A stretch of DNA of 63,993 nucleotides, the filler included, from Catajapyx aquilonaris (taxonomy: Eukaryota): assembly GCA_000934665.2 (NCBI GenBank). It is 3 parts of 3 records of this genome, joined end to end, with 100 filler letters (N's around TTAATTAATTAA, not from the genome) between each part and the next. Parts side by side here need not be neighbours in the genome. Positions count along the whole stretch, not along the records: positions 21,392 to 42,682 come from JYFJ02006098.1; 2 more parts are not named here. The stretch is one strand, 5' to 3'. Shown here piece by piece: positions 23,960-35,485 of the stretch. Position numbers and translations under genes: made by a program. The notes beneath the pieces were generated by a model. It was not told the origin of the DNA and searched no databases. It was given only the letters and a program-made list of their open reading frames with translations. Numbering within the stretch: the stretch's first letter is position 1; every line of letters begins with the position of its first letter.

Positions 23960-26900
23960 TCATGTTGGTGCCAGGATACTCCGGACAGCCTCGTCCAGCG
24001 TGGCGTCCTTCTCCTCTTCCTCCCCGTCCTCCCCCTCCTCCTCTTCCTCCTCCACCTCCTCCTCCTCAAATATCCTAGAGGATGGTGATGGTTGGGGGGA
24101 GGGCGTGGCACAGGGAGACTGTGCGGGTGAGGAGGCTTGTGGGGATGGGGAGGTCCCGGCGTCGCCAGCGTCGCCCGATTCCACCCTCTGGAGGTTCAGG
24201 ATCGAGTCTATGGCGCTCTGAACCTGCGCATGTATCTCATCTTCCTCTTCCTCCTCTTCCTCTTCTTCCCCCTCTTCTTCTTTGGCCATCTCTTCTTCCT
24301 CTTCCTCACCGTCGTCACTCCCACTTTTGTGCCTGTGCCGACGCTTTTTCCGGTGCCGACGCTTGTTCTTGTGGCGTCGCTTCTTACCCACCTGTTCTGC
24401 GGCATATACCCCGATCTCCCGTTGGATGGCAGCCCACTCGTCATACGGTTCCCCATTAGCACCTTCTGGCGGCCTGTTACGGCGTTGCTTGAGCACATCC
24501 TCAACCACAACTCGTACTTCTCTGAGTGAGCTGCGGTCTGGTATGGAAGGAACTGATGGTGCTGGAGGAGGGGTTGGTGATCGAGGCGGTGGTTCTGGCT
24601 CTGGAGGCTCCAGAGGCGCTGCCGCAGCCTCAGCAGCTTTCTGCCGTTCAGCCTCCAGCTGCGTCCGCTCTTCTGCCAAGACCATGCGATTCAGCATCAC
24701 CAGCTCAGCTGACGGAACCTGTCAGGAAGAACAATAGGATCAGCAACTTTGCTACGAGATCAACAATCTGATGCCTGTACTGACCTGCCTCATGGAGTCC
24801 TGCAGTAGCAAGTACCTGTACTTGTTAAGCATGGCCTGGTGCTTGTCCCTGAGGTGCTCCGCATATGTTTGGTACACCCTGTCTGCCTTCTTAAGTTCCA
24901 AATCCTGAGACTCATCCTGTGGCTCATGAAACACATGGAACCTGACCAGCCTCTTTACCGCATCCAGATGGTCCTTGAAGGGTGTCTTGCAATCAGGGGT
25001 CAAGGCCCCACCCTGGTCCGTCTTCAGCTGCTGGTCAAACCACACACTTTTTGATGCAGCCGATGCCCTCTTCGCCATTGCTGCTGCAACAGCGGTAGTC
25101 GTCGTTACCGTCAAAGTTGGCGGAGAAGACGATGCCGGAACAGGAGCGGTGGAAACCACAGTCTGGATGGGAAAATGGAAGTTGTAATTGGCTGCTATTC
25201 CACGTAGCTCCCAGACAAACTTCATGTCAACAGCATTATTACAAAAAAAGAGAGCAGCAAGTGAACACGATTGAGCTCACCCTGATGGTCCCTGCAGGAG
25301 CAATGGCTCTCACAGGAGTCAAAATAGCAGTTGGAGTGCTCATCCCCGATGCTGCAACAACCACTGTAGTTGCTGAAGCAGTGGACGTCACGGCTGCTAA
25401 GGAAACCATTGGTTCTGCAATCGTCCCGTCGTCAGGCTCTTGTTTGATGACAGTGCAAGGTGTAGCAACAGAGGTCAGTACGTCAGATGCTGAGGCGGTG
25501 ACAGTTGACGTGGCAGCCACTGGGGCTGGCCTGAGGGATGGGGCGGTCACTGTAGGTACAACTGTAGAGGTGGTTGTTGACGTGGATGAAGTCGTGGTGG
25601 CTGTCTTCGTGGACTGTTGCCCTGGGGCGAGGGATATGACCTGGTTGCCCACTTGATGGTAGTAGCGAACAGCTGAGGCTTGAGGGGATGTGAACTGCAA
25701 AAAAAAAAATACACATTATTATCAGGCTGGAAGTACCCTGTGCTGCGAAAATGTGGAAGAAGCCACTTACAAACTGGAATCCCTGAGCATGTTGTCCAGG
25801 TATGGTCGGCACTGGTTTCCCTGCTGCCAAAATTTTCGTCTGAAGCTGTAACAAGCGTGTGTATGCAGCTTGTTCAGCAGGACTCTTTGTCTTTCTGGAA
25901 TTCAGGCTCTGAATTTGTGTTTGCACAGCCTTCAGTTGCTGCTGGTGCTCCAGACTAAGCTGTATGGTCTGGACCCTTTGAACAACGGGGTTGTTTCCAC
26001 TACCACTACTTGACTGGTTGGCAACCACTACGGTGATGGCACCAGTTGGTGGTGGGGATGACGTGCGAGGTACAGATTTCGGTGCTACAGGGGATGGCGG
26101 CAAAATGTCAGGCACCATTGGGAGCTCATCCGAGGATGAAGAGTCATCGAACATTGCAGGAGCCACAGCTGGCGACACTGCCCGCACTGGCGCTGGAACC
26201 ACCTTACACGGAGTTGCATTGGCAGACACTAGCACAGTTGGAGCAGGTTTCTTTCGCTTCCGGTTGGCAGGAGTCACAACCGTTTTAATAGGAAGTCTTG
26301 GTTCCGTACCATTGGCACCGGACACTGGCACCATTGTGGGCGTGGTGAGCCTCTGAGTCAGAACAGGGTGATGCGCGATTGTGCCGCCAGCATTTGTGAC
26401 TATTATGCGGCCCTGTTGGAGCTGCTGCTGAAAATTCACCATAGGCGCCAGCGTGGTGGTGGCGGTCGACGATGGCGTCACATAAGCAAGGCTGATGGGC
26501 GCCTGTGGGATGACACCAAAGGATTGCGATGCGTCACCAGCGGCAGCAGCAGCAGCCTCAGCCATATGTGACGTGTCGAGAACCTGCACTCCATCTGGCA
26601 GGCCCAGTGTAGTCACTGGTCCAACCTAGTGAGAAGATCATGGGTTACTGACCAGTTAGTTGTGCTCCACACTGAAATTTGTACGCCACTATTCTAGAGA
26701 GGCACTGACCTGAAGTCCAGCCATCGTCGCACCCTGCTGCAGAGTCTGCAACAAGAGTGACGGCGCATCTGGCCTCTGGAGAATCAGCCTGGTAGTTGCA
26801 TCGTCAGGAAGTGTCATCGCCATTCGGACTGGGGCCTGAGATTGTGATGTGGCGGTGGCCATTGTGGCAACTGTCACGGGAGCAGATGCCGGTGCTGGTG

Positions 26901-29346
26901 TGGCAACAGGGGCCTGCAGTTGGGCCAAGAGTGGCGATGACATCACAAGATGCTGCCCATCTGGTAACTGCTCATCAACTGATGTCGGCACTGATGTCGC
27001 CAGCGTTGGGGTCGCTAATGATGTTGCCAATGACGCATTGGCCAGTGACGCTGTAGTCAAAGATGCATTAGCCAATGATACATTGGCTAATGATGTATTT
27101 GCTAAAGTTGCATTAGCTAGAGATGCATTGGCCAATGACGCAGTAGTAAGAGATGCATTGGCCAATGACGCAGTAGTGAGAGATGCATTAGCCAGAGATG
27201 CGGTGGCTAATGATGCATTGCCATCGTCATCGTCAACTATTCCAGTCTGCTTTAATAACTCCTCCAGATTTAAAGGTGCTTGGACTGGTGCTTGCATTGG
27301 GACCGTCAACCGTACCTGAAGGTGAAAGACATCATTAACATGACAAATAGGTGTTGCGTAACCAAACAACAGCCAGACCCAACTTGCCCTCCGTTACTAA
27401 CCTGCAGAGGCTGCCCCGACAGTCCAATGGTGTGGAGGTTGGCCATGGACGACGGTGCTGCCAAGGGGATTGGAGTTGGCGGTGGTGTTGGTTTCGCCTT
27501 TTTCTTCTTCTTGCTCTTCTTCTTTGGCGCAGGCCTGATCACAGTCTGACCTGGCGCCATCGCCTCCATGTCAACTGTTGAGGTGTCAAGATGCTGCAAG
27601 TGCTGCATGTTTGCCATGGGCAGCATGGTTGGTTGCCCCATCTGAGTTGGCGCCAAAACATGCTGTCCCGACTGGGTGATTAGGTGGCCACCGGTGGTCA
27701 GCACCTGCACCGTCTGCCCCTGAGCTGTGAGCCCCATTCCATTGAGTGTAGGAGCCGAGGTCACTGGCGCGGATGGTCTCAACAGTTGTAGTGTTTGTGG
27801 CTGCGGTAGAGCAATTAGGGCTGGTCCTGATGGTGTTTGCAGTAATGACTGTAACTGCAGCGGGGCTCCAGTTGTAAATAACCGCAGCACCTGCGGCTGT
27901 GATGTAGCTGCCAGAGTTGGTCGTAAGGCGCCGATGGTTGCCCCTGTTGGTTTAGTTGCCATCTGTTGCGGCCTCAGGATGAACTGAATTCCGCCTGGTT
28001 GTTGCAGCAACAGTTGACCTGCTGGGTTTGGCTGAAGCAACTGATTTAAGAAAAATGTTCCACCTGCAGGTGCACCCTGGGCTTGGCCCGTTGTCAGCAG
28101 TACAGGGGCAGCAGCTTGCGCCGCAGTAGCTGGTGTGGGCATCGGCGCACTGTTGATGATCGGTTGGGGTTGTGGTTGTGGTGCTTGGACCCTCATTGCA
28201 GGACGTTGCACTTGTTGCGTTTGGGCGGCACCAGCTGGCTTAGGCAAAAGTTGTGGCTGTTTTGGCCGCACATTGGCTGGTACAGCCACTTGCGTCCGGA
28301 TAGGAGTGGTGCTTTGCGGTTGAAGCAACTGGAACACTTGGCCACCAGGGAGTGTGATTGGAACAGTGTGGTACTGGGTCTGGGGTGCGGGTGACGGCCT
28401 GAGTGCCGGGGTCGGTCGGGTAGAGAACATTTGTGGCGATGGAGGTGCTGGTGAGGACGATGGTGACACCGCGAATGGTGACGATGAACGCAGCAGTAGT
28501 GGTGACGCTGACTGTGGGATGTGCATCTGGGACACCTGTTGTAGTGGGGGCGGTGGAGGTGGTAGTGGCGGGGGCAAACTACGTATGTAGTGCGTAGTTG
28601 TTGTGGTTGTTGGGGCCACTGTGAAGTACGTTTGTGCCGACTCAAACGTGGGAGGTGTCCCTTGACCAAACAGCAGTGCTGACGAGGGGCTGAGTGTTGG
28701 TGATGCGGCTGCAGAGGTTGCTGATCCCACTCCAGAATCGGTGCTAGATGGCAACTGCATGGCATCATCACGATGACCTTTGACTCCCGATCCATCCAAC
28801 AGGTCGTAGTCAGCAAGTGTGGCCATGACGGTGTGGATGACTTCGTCAGCTGCTGCTCCCCCGGAGGCCACCACTGCAGCCCCTGATGCGTCAGCGCCCT
28901 GCCCAGGGCAGGGTTGAAGTGCAATGGGGGGGGTCCAAAGAAGAATAAACGTCAGTCAATTGTGCTATGGACAAGGTTTTACCTACAGCTGCCAGCACAT
29001 TCTTATTGGGCTCAGAAAGTGCAATGATTAAATGCCACATTCAAACGTTATGCATCACTAATGAATGGGAAGAACCCGATAATAAGAATCGACGCAACAG
29101 AAGTAACTGAGCCAGTAAGAATTTGCTTGCAGAGGGTCTAAGTGAGAGAAAGCGGGATAACTCACCACATTGCTGCTCAGGCCCAGGAAGGTTTCCAGCG
29201 CGCACGGGTCACTAGAACAGCACAGGCAAGCCGCCAATAAATCTTTTGATAGTTCACGGGATTGGTAAAGGGTGTATTAGAAATCAAAGGGCTGTCTATG
29301 ACACTTACTCGATAACGTCCAGCAATCTCTGACCTCCATCGTCCAT
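23960..29346 (-). CDS. BICRA: BRD4-interacting chromatin-remodelling complex-associated protein (BICRA/GLTSCR1 family, ncBAF/GBAF subunit), ~1530 aa
   Basis: Exons 29346-29309, 29211-29166, 28898-27402, 27315-26710, 26625-25771, 25694-25281, 25162-24785, 24718-23960 (4593 nt, all GT-AG and in phase). N-terminus MDDGGQRLLDVIDDPCALETFL (cf. MDDEDGRCLLDVICDPQALNDFL); GLTSCR1 domain PDCKTPFKDHLDAVKRLVRFHVF...QAMLNKYRYLLLQDSMRQVPSAELVMLNRM; C-terminal QSAIDSILNLQ and LDEAVRSIL. Confidence 0.93.
27022..27216 (-). repeat. Coding 15-bp tandem repeat, 13 x A-S-L-(A/T)-(N/T) in BICRA
   Basis: ASLAT ASLAN ASLTT ASLAN ASLTT ASLAN ASLAN ATLAN TSLAN VSLAN ASLTT ASLAN ASLAT in exon 27315-26710. Confidence 0.9.
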
Positions 29347-31876
29347 GGCACAGCCTGGAAGGCATGAGTGGATTGAGGTTATGGTCTCCAGTTCCTGCAG
29401 CGAAAAGGAATAATCAAATGTTAATATGTGTTGTCAAGTTCTATTGTGTATCTATCAGATAAACAAAAATTAAAACACGTCAATGTTTCAAGTATGTTAT
29501 TGTACTTTAAAAGTTCATGACTAGGTGGATCATATACAGTGAAACCTGTTCACAACAGACCAAGCGTAGCGGAAACTTGTCCATTAAGAATTATTTCTGG
29601 GAATGGGCTTAGGACATACAATGTATTTTTTGACAGAAGCATGTCCAATGTGGAAAAATTTTCAGGTCCCATGCGATTCCGATAACCATTAAAATTCATG
29701 CGCTGGGACCAAACAAAAATTTCCTAATTGACAAGTTTCTGCTGAATCCACAGCCTGTTACAGGCAGGTTTAACAGCTATATTTTCATAACTTGAGAAGT
29801 TCAAACACAACCAAGATTACTATTATTTATGTTCATTTTTCTCATCATAATAATAATCATCATTATTTTGCAGGTGCACAAACTAGTTCGATATTTGGGC
29901 AGTCACTAATAATGTAGATATATCTTTGCGTCATAAACAATGCACCACAGACACTCTTAAACTTGCTAAATGGGATATTATGTCAGCATTGCTCAGCTGA
30001 ATGGTTTATTATATCAGAGAGATGGTCACATTATTTCATATTCCATTAAATTTTGATCTAATAAAAAGTCTAATATCTCAAGCCGCTCACTGGAACCTGT
30101 TATGCAGGTAAAACAAGTAGGCATAAACTTTGCCAAGTGCAAATATGTCAAGCATGTCGACACAAATGACCAGTGAGATCAGTTTTGTTTAGGGCGCTGT
30201 CCCTAAAAGCATAGGATGTGTGTGAAGGACTCTTAAGTTTAGGCACACCCAAAATTTTTAGGTGTAATAACAAACTTGAAAAGTGACAGATGCAGAATTG
30301 TATGGCGTTTAATAAACTGTTATCATGCTTTGCATGCTGAGATGCAGCAGTTTTTACACCCAACAGCAGCAGACGCATATTGAAATCTCATGCACACGCA
30401 GTACAATAGGACCATCCATATTGAAATGATCTGTAATCTTCCGTGGCCCTCGGAATAGTCAAGAAACAATAGATACTAAATTATTGCGAAATTCATATCT
30501 TTACTTAGATTGATGTGCTATAACAATGAAAGAGTTCAACTGACGTAATAAGCACTGCATCGGCTGAGCTAAATGACACTATGTCAAGAACATGCGATTA
30601 TGTTGGATTATGCACAGCAAATGCCTATGCATAATCCAGGATTTTTCTTCATCTGCATTATTTTGTTCATACAACTAGTTCTTAGCTGTGATTACTTCCT
30701 CATAACATGAGGAATATCTCTTAAAGTTGTCCACAGTTTAAACTAACCCACATCTAGGAATGTGTCCCCATTTCTCACAGTCAATATATGCAACTTTTAA
30801 TGATGCATTACGTATTTAGAAAAATTCCACCTAGAGTTACAGTTCCCTCCGCACCAGCCATGCATAATGCAAACGCACATCATTTAAAACCGCAATTAAA
30901 GTTATAATTGCATGGAGGCAAGTAGGCCAAACTCTGAAATGTTAAAAAAAAAAATCTAATCTGCTGTTTCCAACTACTGTTCCGCAAAAAGTGTCTGTTC
31001 AATTAATTAATTGATCCCGTCCCAATCATAACACCGTTCTTGGACCTTAGTAACAGTATGGGGGAAGGTCATTTGATATAATCCACCCTGTTGCAAAAAA
31101 AAATGTCAAGGCGACATCATTGGACTGGCTTTATAAAGAGTGAGAGTCCTGTTGGGGATTGCTGCTGGGTAAGGCACAAAAAATACAGAAATCGAGAGAC
31201 GAAAACAACATTGGGGGTTGGCGGTGTCGGGTGTCCGTCTGACTAGAAAATAATCCCAATCCATATTCGGGCGACCACACATGCGACATGATGGGGAAAG
31301 AAGGAAAAATGGTGGTCCGGACATAATCAAGGACACCTAGATAGTGTTGCAATCGATGGATATATTTTTTGGAGAGGGCGTCGTATATATATCCTGCGAA
31401 GGTAAACAGGGAGAGGAAAAGGTGACATGTGACGTGATCTCGTCACCATGCCAACCCTGCTGAGCTGCTGGGGATGGACCGCAAAGTGGAGGCTGCTTGG
31501 CGCATGTACTCTCTATGTACACATGGGGATGAAAGGGGGATCCAAGCAGCTGAGATCAGATTATTATTTTCCCCAAGTGTTTAGCAGCATCAACATCTTT
31601 TGTACTAGACGCGCACTCAGCATCCCCCGTCGCCCCAGCAACAGACACACCCACCCACGCACTCCCATTTTTTTTTCCTTCCCTTATATTTACTCTTTTC
31701 TGGGTGGGATATATGTGAAGTAGACCCTCCAGGTATAGTAAACAGAAAGGATCCGATATGCGGACAAAGTGGAGCGGAAAGCCGGTGCCTAAATGGCCAT
31801 TAACGACCGATAACAATAAGGTGGGTTAACAAGTCTGCAAAAGGTGTATATAGCAGACTTTTGCAATAGTGGACAG

Positions 31877-31996
31877 CAGTGCTGGATTGTTCGCTCCAGC
31901 AACCACAGTCTGTGTGGTGTGGAGACAAGCCGCGCAGAGCCGTCATTCACCTGTTGCTCCTTGCTGGTTTTGCTGGAGCGAACAATCCAGCAACTG
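31877..31996. mobile_element. Small hairpin MITE
   Basis: GCTGGATTGTTCGCTCCAGCAA mirrored by TTGCTGGAGCGAACAATCCAGC. Confidence 0.7.
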
Positions 31997-32220
31997 CGGA
32001 TCCAACCCATCAGTGCAGTGCTGCGGAAAAAATTATTTCGCGGTAACCTGCGTTTTCTGCACACATCAGGTTTTCGATATCCGATATCAATAATATTTAT
32101 AGGGTTCGTCCTCGCAACGACGCCCCCCCNCCCCCCCCCCCCCCAACGATCCTACAATTATTCGTTTATTGGCATGTCTATAGCATACGTACAGCCAAAG
32201 AATATACCTTATACGTACAT

Positions 32221-32590
32221 TCGTATATAAGTCAAAGTTTGTTTGTATGTCTATATGTTTGCAAACAGGCCGTGCGAAGAAAGGGCTCTGCAGCTATAGT
32301 ACACATTATACATATAAGGCAAAGTTTGTTTGTATATGTCCAAATTTGGAAACAGCCTGCGAGAAGAACGGGCTCCACTGCTAATCTTATCTTACATAAT
32401 TTATATAGTATAATGCGAAGTTTGTTTGCCCGAGTGTGGAAACAGGCAGGGAGTGCGAAAAATTGGCTCCGCTTACATCCTACATATATAAAGCAAAGTT
32501 TGTTCGTAAGTCCAATAGGGAAACAGGCCGTGCGAAGAATGGGCACCGCTGCTATATGACATATAAAGCAAAGTTTGTTCGTATGTCCAA
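32221..32590 (+). repeat. Tandem array of ~4.5 diverged 75-95-bp units, Helitron-like
   Basis: Each unit reads TATAAAGCAAAGTTTGTTTGTATGTCC..GGAAACAGGCCGTGCGAAGAA(C/T)GGGC...GCTA. Confidence 0.75.
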
Positions 32591-32661
32591 GTGATCATCA
32601 TCATCAATTCATCATCATCGCCGGCTGCCCCATGCTTGGGACAATCCCGTGAGGAAATGAA

Positions 32662-32713
<52 letters not shown>

Positions 32714-32714
<1 letters not shown>

Positions 32715-34935
32715 GACGTCAGACGGGCATTTCCGGGCAGAGCAGGTGCATACCGTATCGGCACGACTACCGTATCCGCGCCCGCCACCCCGCCACTTTC
32801 AAACGTAGATTTCGTGCAAATGAGCGTCACCAACCCGTGACTTTCAATAATCACCTATTATTCCTCCCACATAAAGATACCCTTGCATTGTATCCGTAGT
32901 GGGTGGGACCGGGGTGGGATTGGCACTCCCCCCCCCCCTCCCAAAAAAGAGACGAAGGTCGCGACGCTGGACGTCGCCACCTGCTATATATTTTTAAATC
33001 TTTCAAGCCCTCCCTGTGCGCAAGCTGTCCCAAAAGGTTAAAAAGCGAAAGTCCCCGGTAGTCCAACCAACCCCCATCCTCTTCTACACCACCTATCTAC
33101 TAAACCCCCTCCCCTTCCCAAATGTCTACTACTCTACCCCCACCAATCCCCGCAAAAACCCCTCAGTTTCCACGAGCCCAAAGTCGCATTTGGACCGGCC
33201 AATCGCGCGCGTCGCATTCTCAGCGCACAGGCCGGATTGGCCAACAGGACCCAGTGACGTCCTCTCCGATGGCCTGCGCGCCTGCCTTTGGACCTTCCCC
33301 TAGCCTCTCTCTAGTCTCCGTCCCCCCGAAAAAAACTATACTAACCAACCCGCCCCTGTATAGTGTTTTTAACCCCCCAAAAAATATAGAGGACAACTAT
33401 CCCGGGGAAAAAGGATGATATGTGTACATAGCCTGGACGGGGTAAAGTCGCGGACAGGTTACGGTACGAGTTTGGATTCAAAATGGCGACAGGATCGAGC
33501 GGGAAGTTTTTTGAATTGTTGGGCATTGTTGCAGTTTGTAGTAGGTGCATTTTAAAGTGCATTTGGGGAGGACCCGGTACTTCCTGGGGGCCGTGAAGAG
33601 GGGCGGGGCCTTTTACTCCGGTGCGATCCCAACCGAACTGTGCGCATGCGCATCTCGGAATACTTACTCTAACTACTCTTTTCTCTTACATTTTTTTTTT
33701 CGTTTTTTTTTCTCTCTCCTCCTACTACTTTTTTTTTTTTTTTTCCCCAGCCCGTGTCTCCCCCCATGTTGCCTTCGCCTATCTACCCACCCACCCCCAT
33801 CAATTCTACCCACCTAATACAGTCATTTCCACACATGCTAAGCTGGCCGGTCGGTCCGCTCACTCCGGGCCGCCTTTCGGGGTCGACCAAGGCAAGGGGG
33901 GTGAAGCCAACCGCCATATCAGCGACTCCCGCGGTAGGGAGGAAGGGGGGGGGATCGGGGCAAAGCCTTGTTTCCCCCATCCCCGGAGTGTTCCGCCCCC
34001 GGGCCGCGTCCAGCCCCGGCCCGGCGAGCGTGCCCCGTGCCCCTTAGGCCCTCCCCCGCTGGCCGTCCCCGGTGCCGGAAAATTTTATCAGCTAAAATAA
34101 TATTCTAGAAAACACTCACCCGTCATGTAACATGCCGACTTCGCTACGGGGTCCACACGGCCAATCAGCACGGGCCTCCATCCCGATTGGTCCGCGTGAC
34201 GTCATTTTGGGAAGTGAGTCGGCCGCCTGCCTTTTACCCTGCCCCCTCCCTGTACCCTTTTTGCAGCACAATACTAGCTTTTTCGGGGACGGCCTACTCC
34301 GGTTCCAACTTCTGCTTTAGCTAGTGTCCGCTCTAGGGTGCGAACAAGACCTGGGGAGCACACGGGGGCCGCCCTTTCCCCGGACCTACTTTCTGCCGCG
34401 TATCAAACCGCGTGACGTCACCAGCTCACCACCCTGCCCTCTACCCCCCTCCCCAACATCCAGACCGAGGGCGCAACCAGCCCCGGTGTCGGCCCCTGGG
34501 TTTACACCCTAGGGTTAAAGCTGGGGTTGGCCCCTAGGTTTTTGCTTGTAGTTTTTAGTACTTTTTGGAGAGGGGGGGTGGGTAGAGAGTGACGTCACGG
34601 ATTGATTCTTGTGTTGGGATGGGGGGTAGGGAAGTGGGGGGGGGGGAGGGAAGCTGACCAATAGGAAGAGGGCAGGTGGGCGTGGCTTGGCGAATCCGGG
34701 CTGGTTGGTCCGAGGCGCCGCCGCCGAATTTATTCCCTCTCTCCTGCCTCTCCCACTCCGCTAGTCCTTGTCCTCTCCCACAGGACTTGTAATCCTCTCC
34801 TTTTCACAATGTCACATTTGCCTGGAAGGGACACTTGCGAAGGGGAGGGAAGGGAAGTGGAAAAAAAAAGACTGGAATGTTGTGTACATGTGGACAAGTG
34901 ACGGTGGTAAACAAAAGGTGGCGCATGCGCAGGCC
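32714..34935 (-). promoter_or_regulatory. CpG-rich promoter / 5' non-coding exon region of BICRA
   Basis: GC/CpG-rich; TGACGTCA at 32714, 34197, 34413, 34590; NRF1/Ewg-type GCGCATGCGC at 33642 and 34921; YY1/Pho-type AAAATGGCG at 33480; CCAAT and GC boxes; minus-strand donor GTGAGT at 34119-34114. Confidence 0.6.
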
Positions 34936-34985
34936 ATTGCGCGGGTCGTTTGAACTGGAAAAAAATTGTGAATAAAAAAGACTAT

Positions 34986-35273
34986 TGATGGGATTTTCGT
35001 CCCACTGCTAGTTACTGCTAAGTTAGCAGTATCAGTGGTGGCAATAGTACTGCCAAGTTAGTACCAGTGGTGGCAATAGTACTGCTAAGTTAGCAGTACC
35101 AGTGGTGGCAATAGTACTGCTAAGTTAGGAGTACCAGTGGTGGCAATAGTACTGCTAAGTTAGCAGCACCAGTGGTGGCAATAGTAGCCTACTGCTAAAA
35201 GTTAGCAGTACCAGTGGTGGCAATAGTACTGCTAAGTTAGCAGCGACTACTAGTACATCGAAAATTCCACCCA
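34986..35273. mobile_element. MITE with internal 35-bp minisatellite (6 copies)
   Basis: Termini match 4825-4940 (GGATTTTCGTCCCACTGCTAG / CGAAAATTCCACCCA); unit ACTGCTAAGTTAGCAGTACCAGTGGTGGCAATAGT. Confidence 0.85.
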
Positions 35274-35485
35274 ATGAGTAATAACCGTAGTAAGTACAAA
35301 AAGTGTGTTTTAATTACACTGTCAGGTAGATTTACAATGATTGTCATTGCGGAGGGTGGCGTACAAATGCATGCGAATAAAGGCAGAAGTGTCATTGTGG
35401 TGTCAATTGTCTTTTAAGATGATTACAGCCAAGTTACAGTCGTTTCAATAGTCGTTGACATCTCGGGAGCATCGGAGTCTGCAGA

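Noticed and set aside
23847..28590. Numerous plus-strand ORFs over BICRA, and likewise over the CDC50 and DRGX exons
   Set aside because: Antisense or alternative-frame shadows of GC-rich low-complexity coding exons.
34986..35273. CRISPR-like array of palindromic repeats
   Set aside because: The sequences between palindromes are identical rather than unique spacers, there are no cas genes, and the context is eukaryotic; it is a minisatellite in a MITE.
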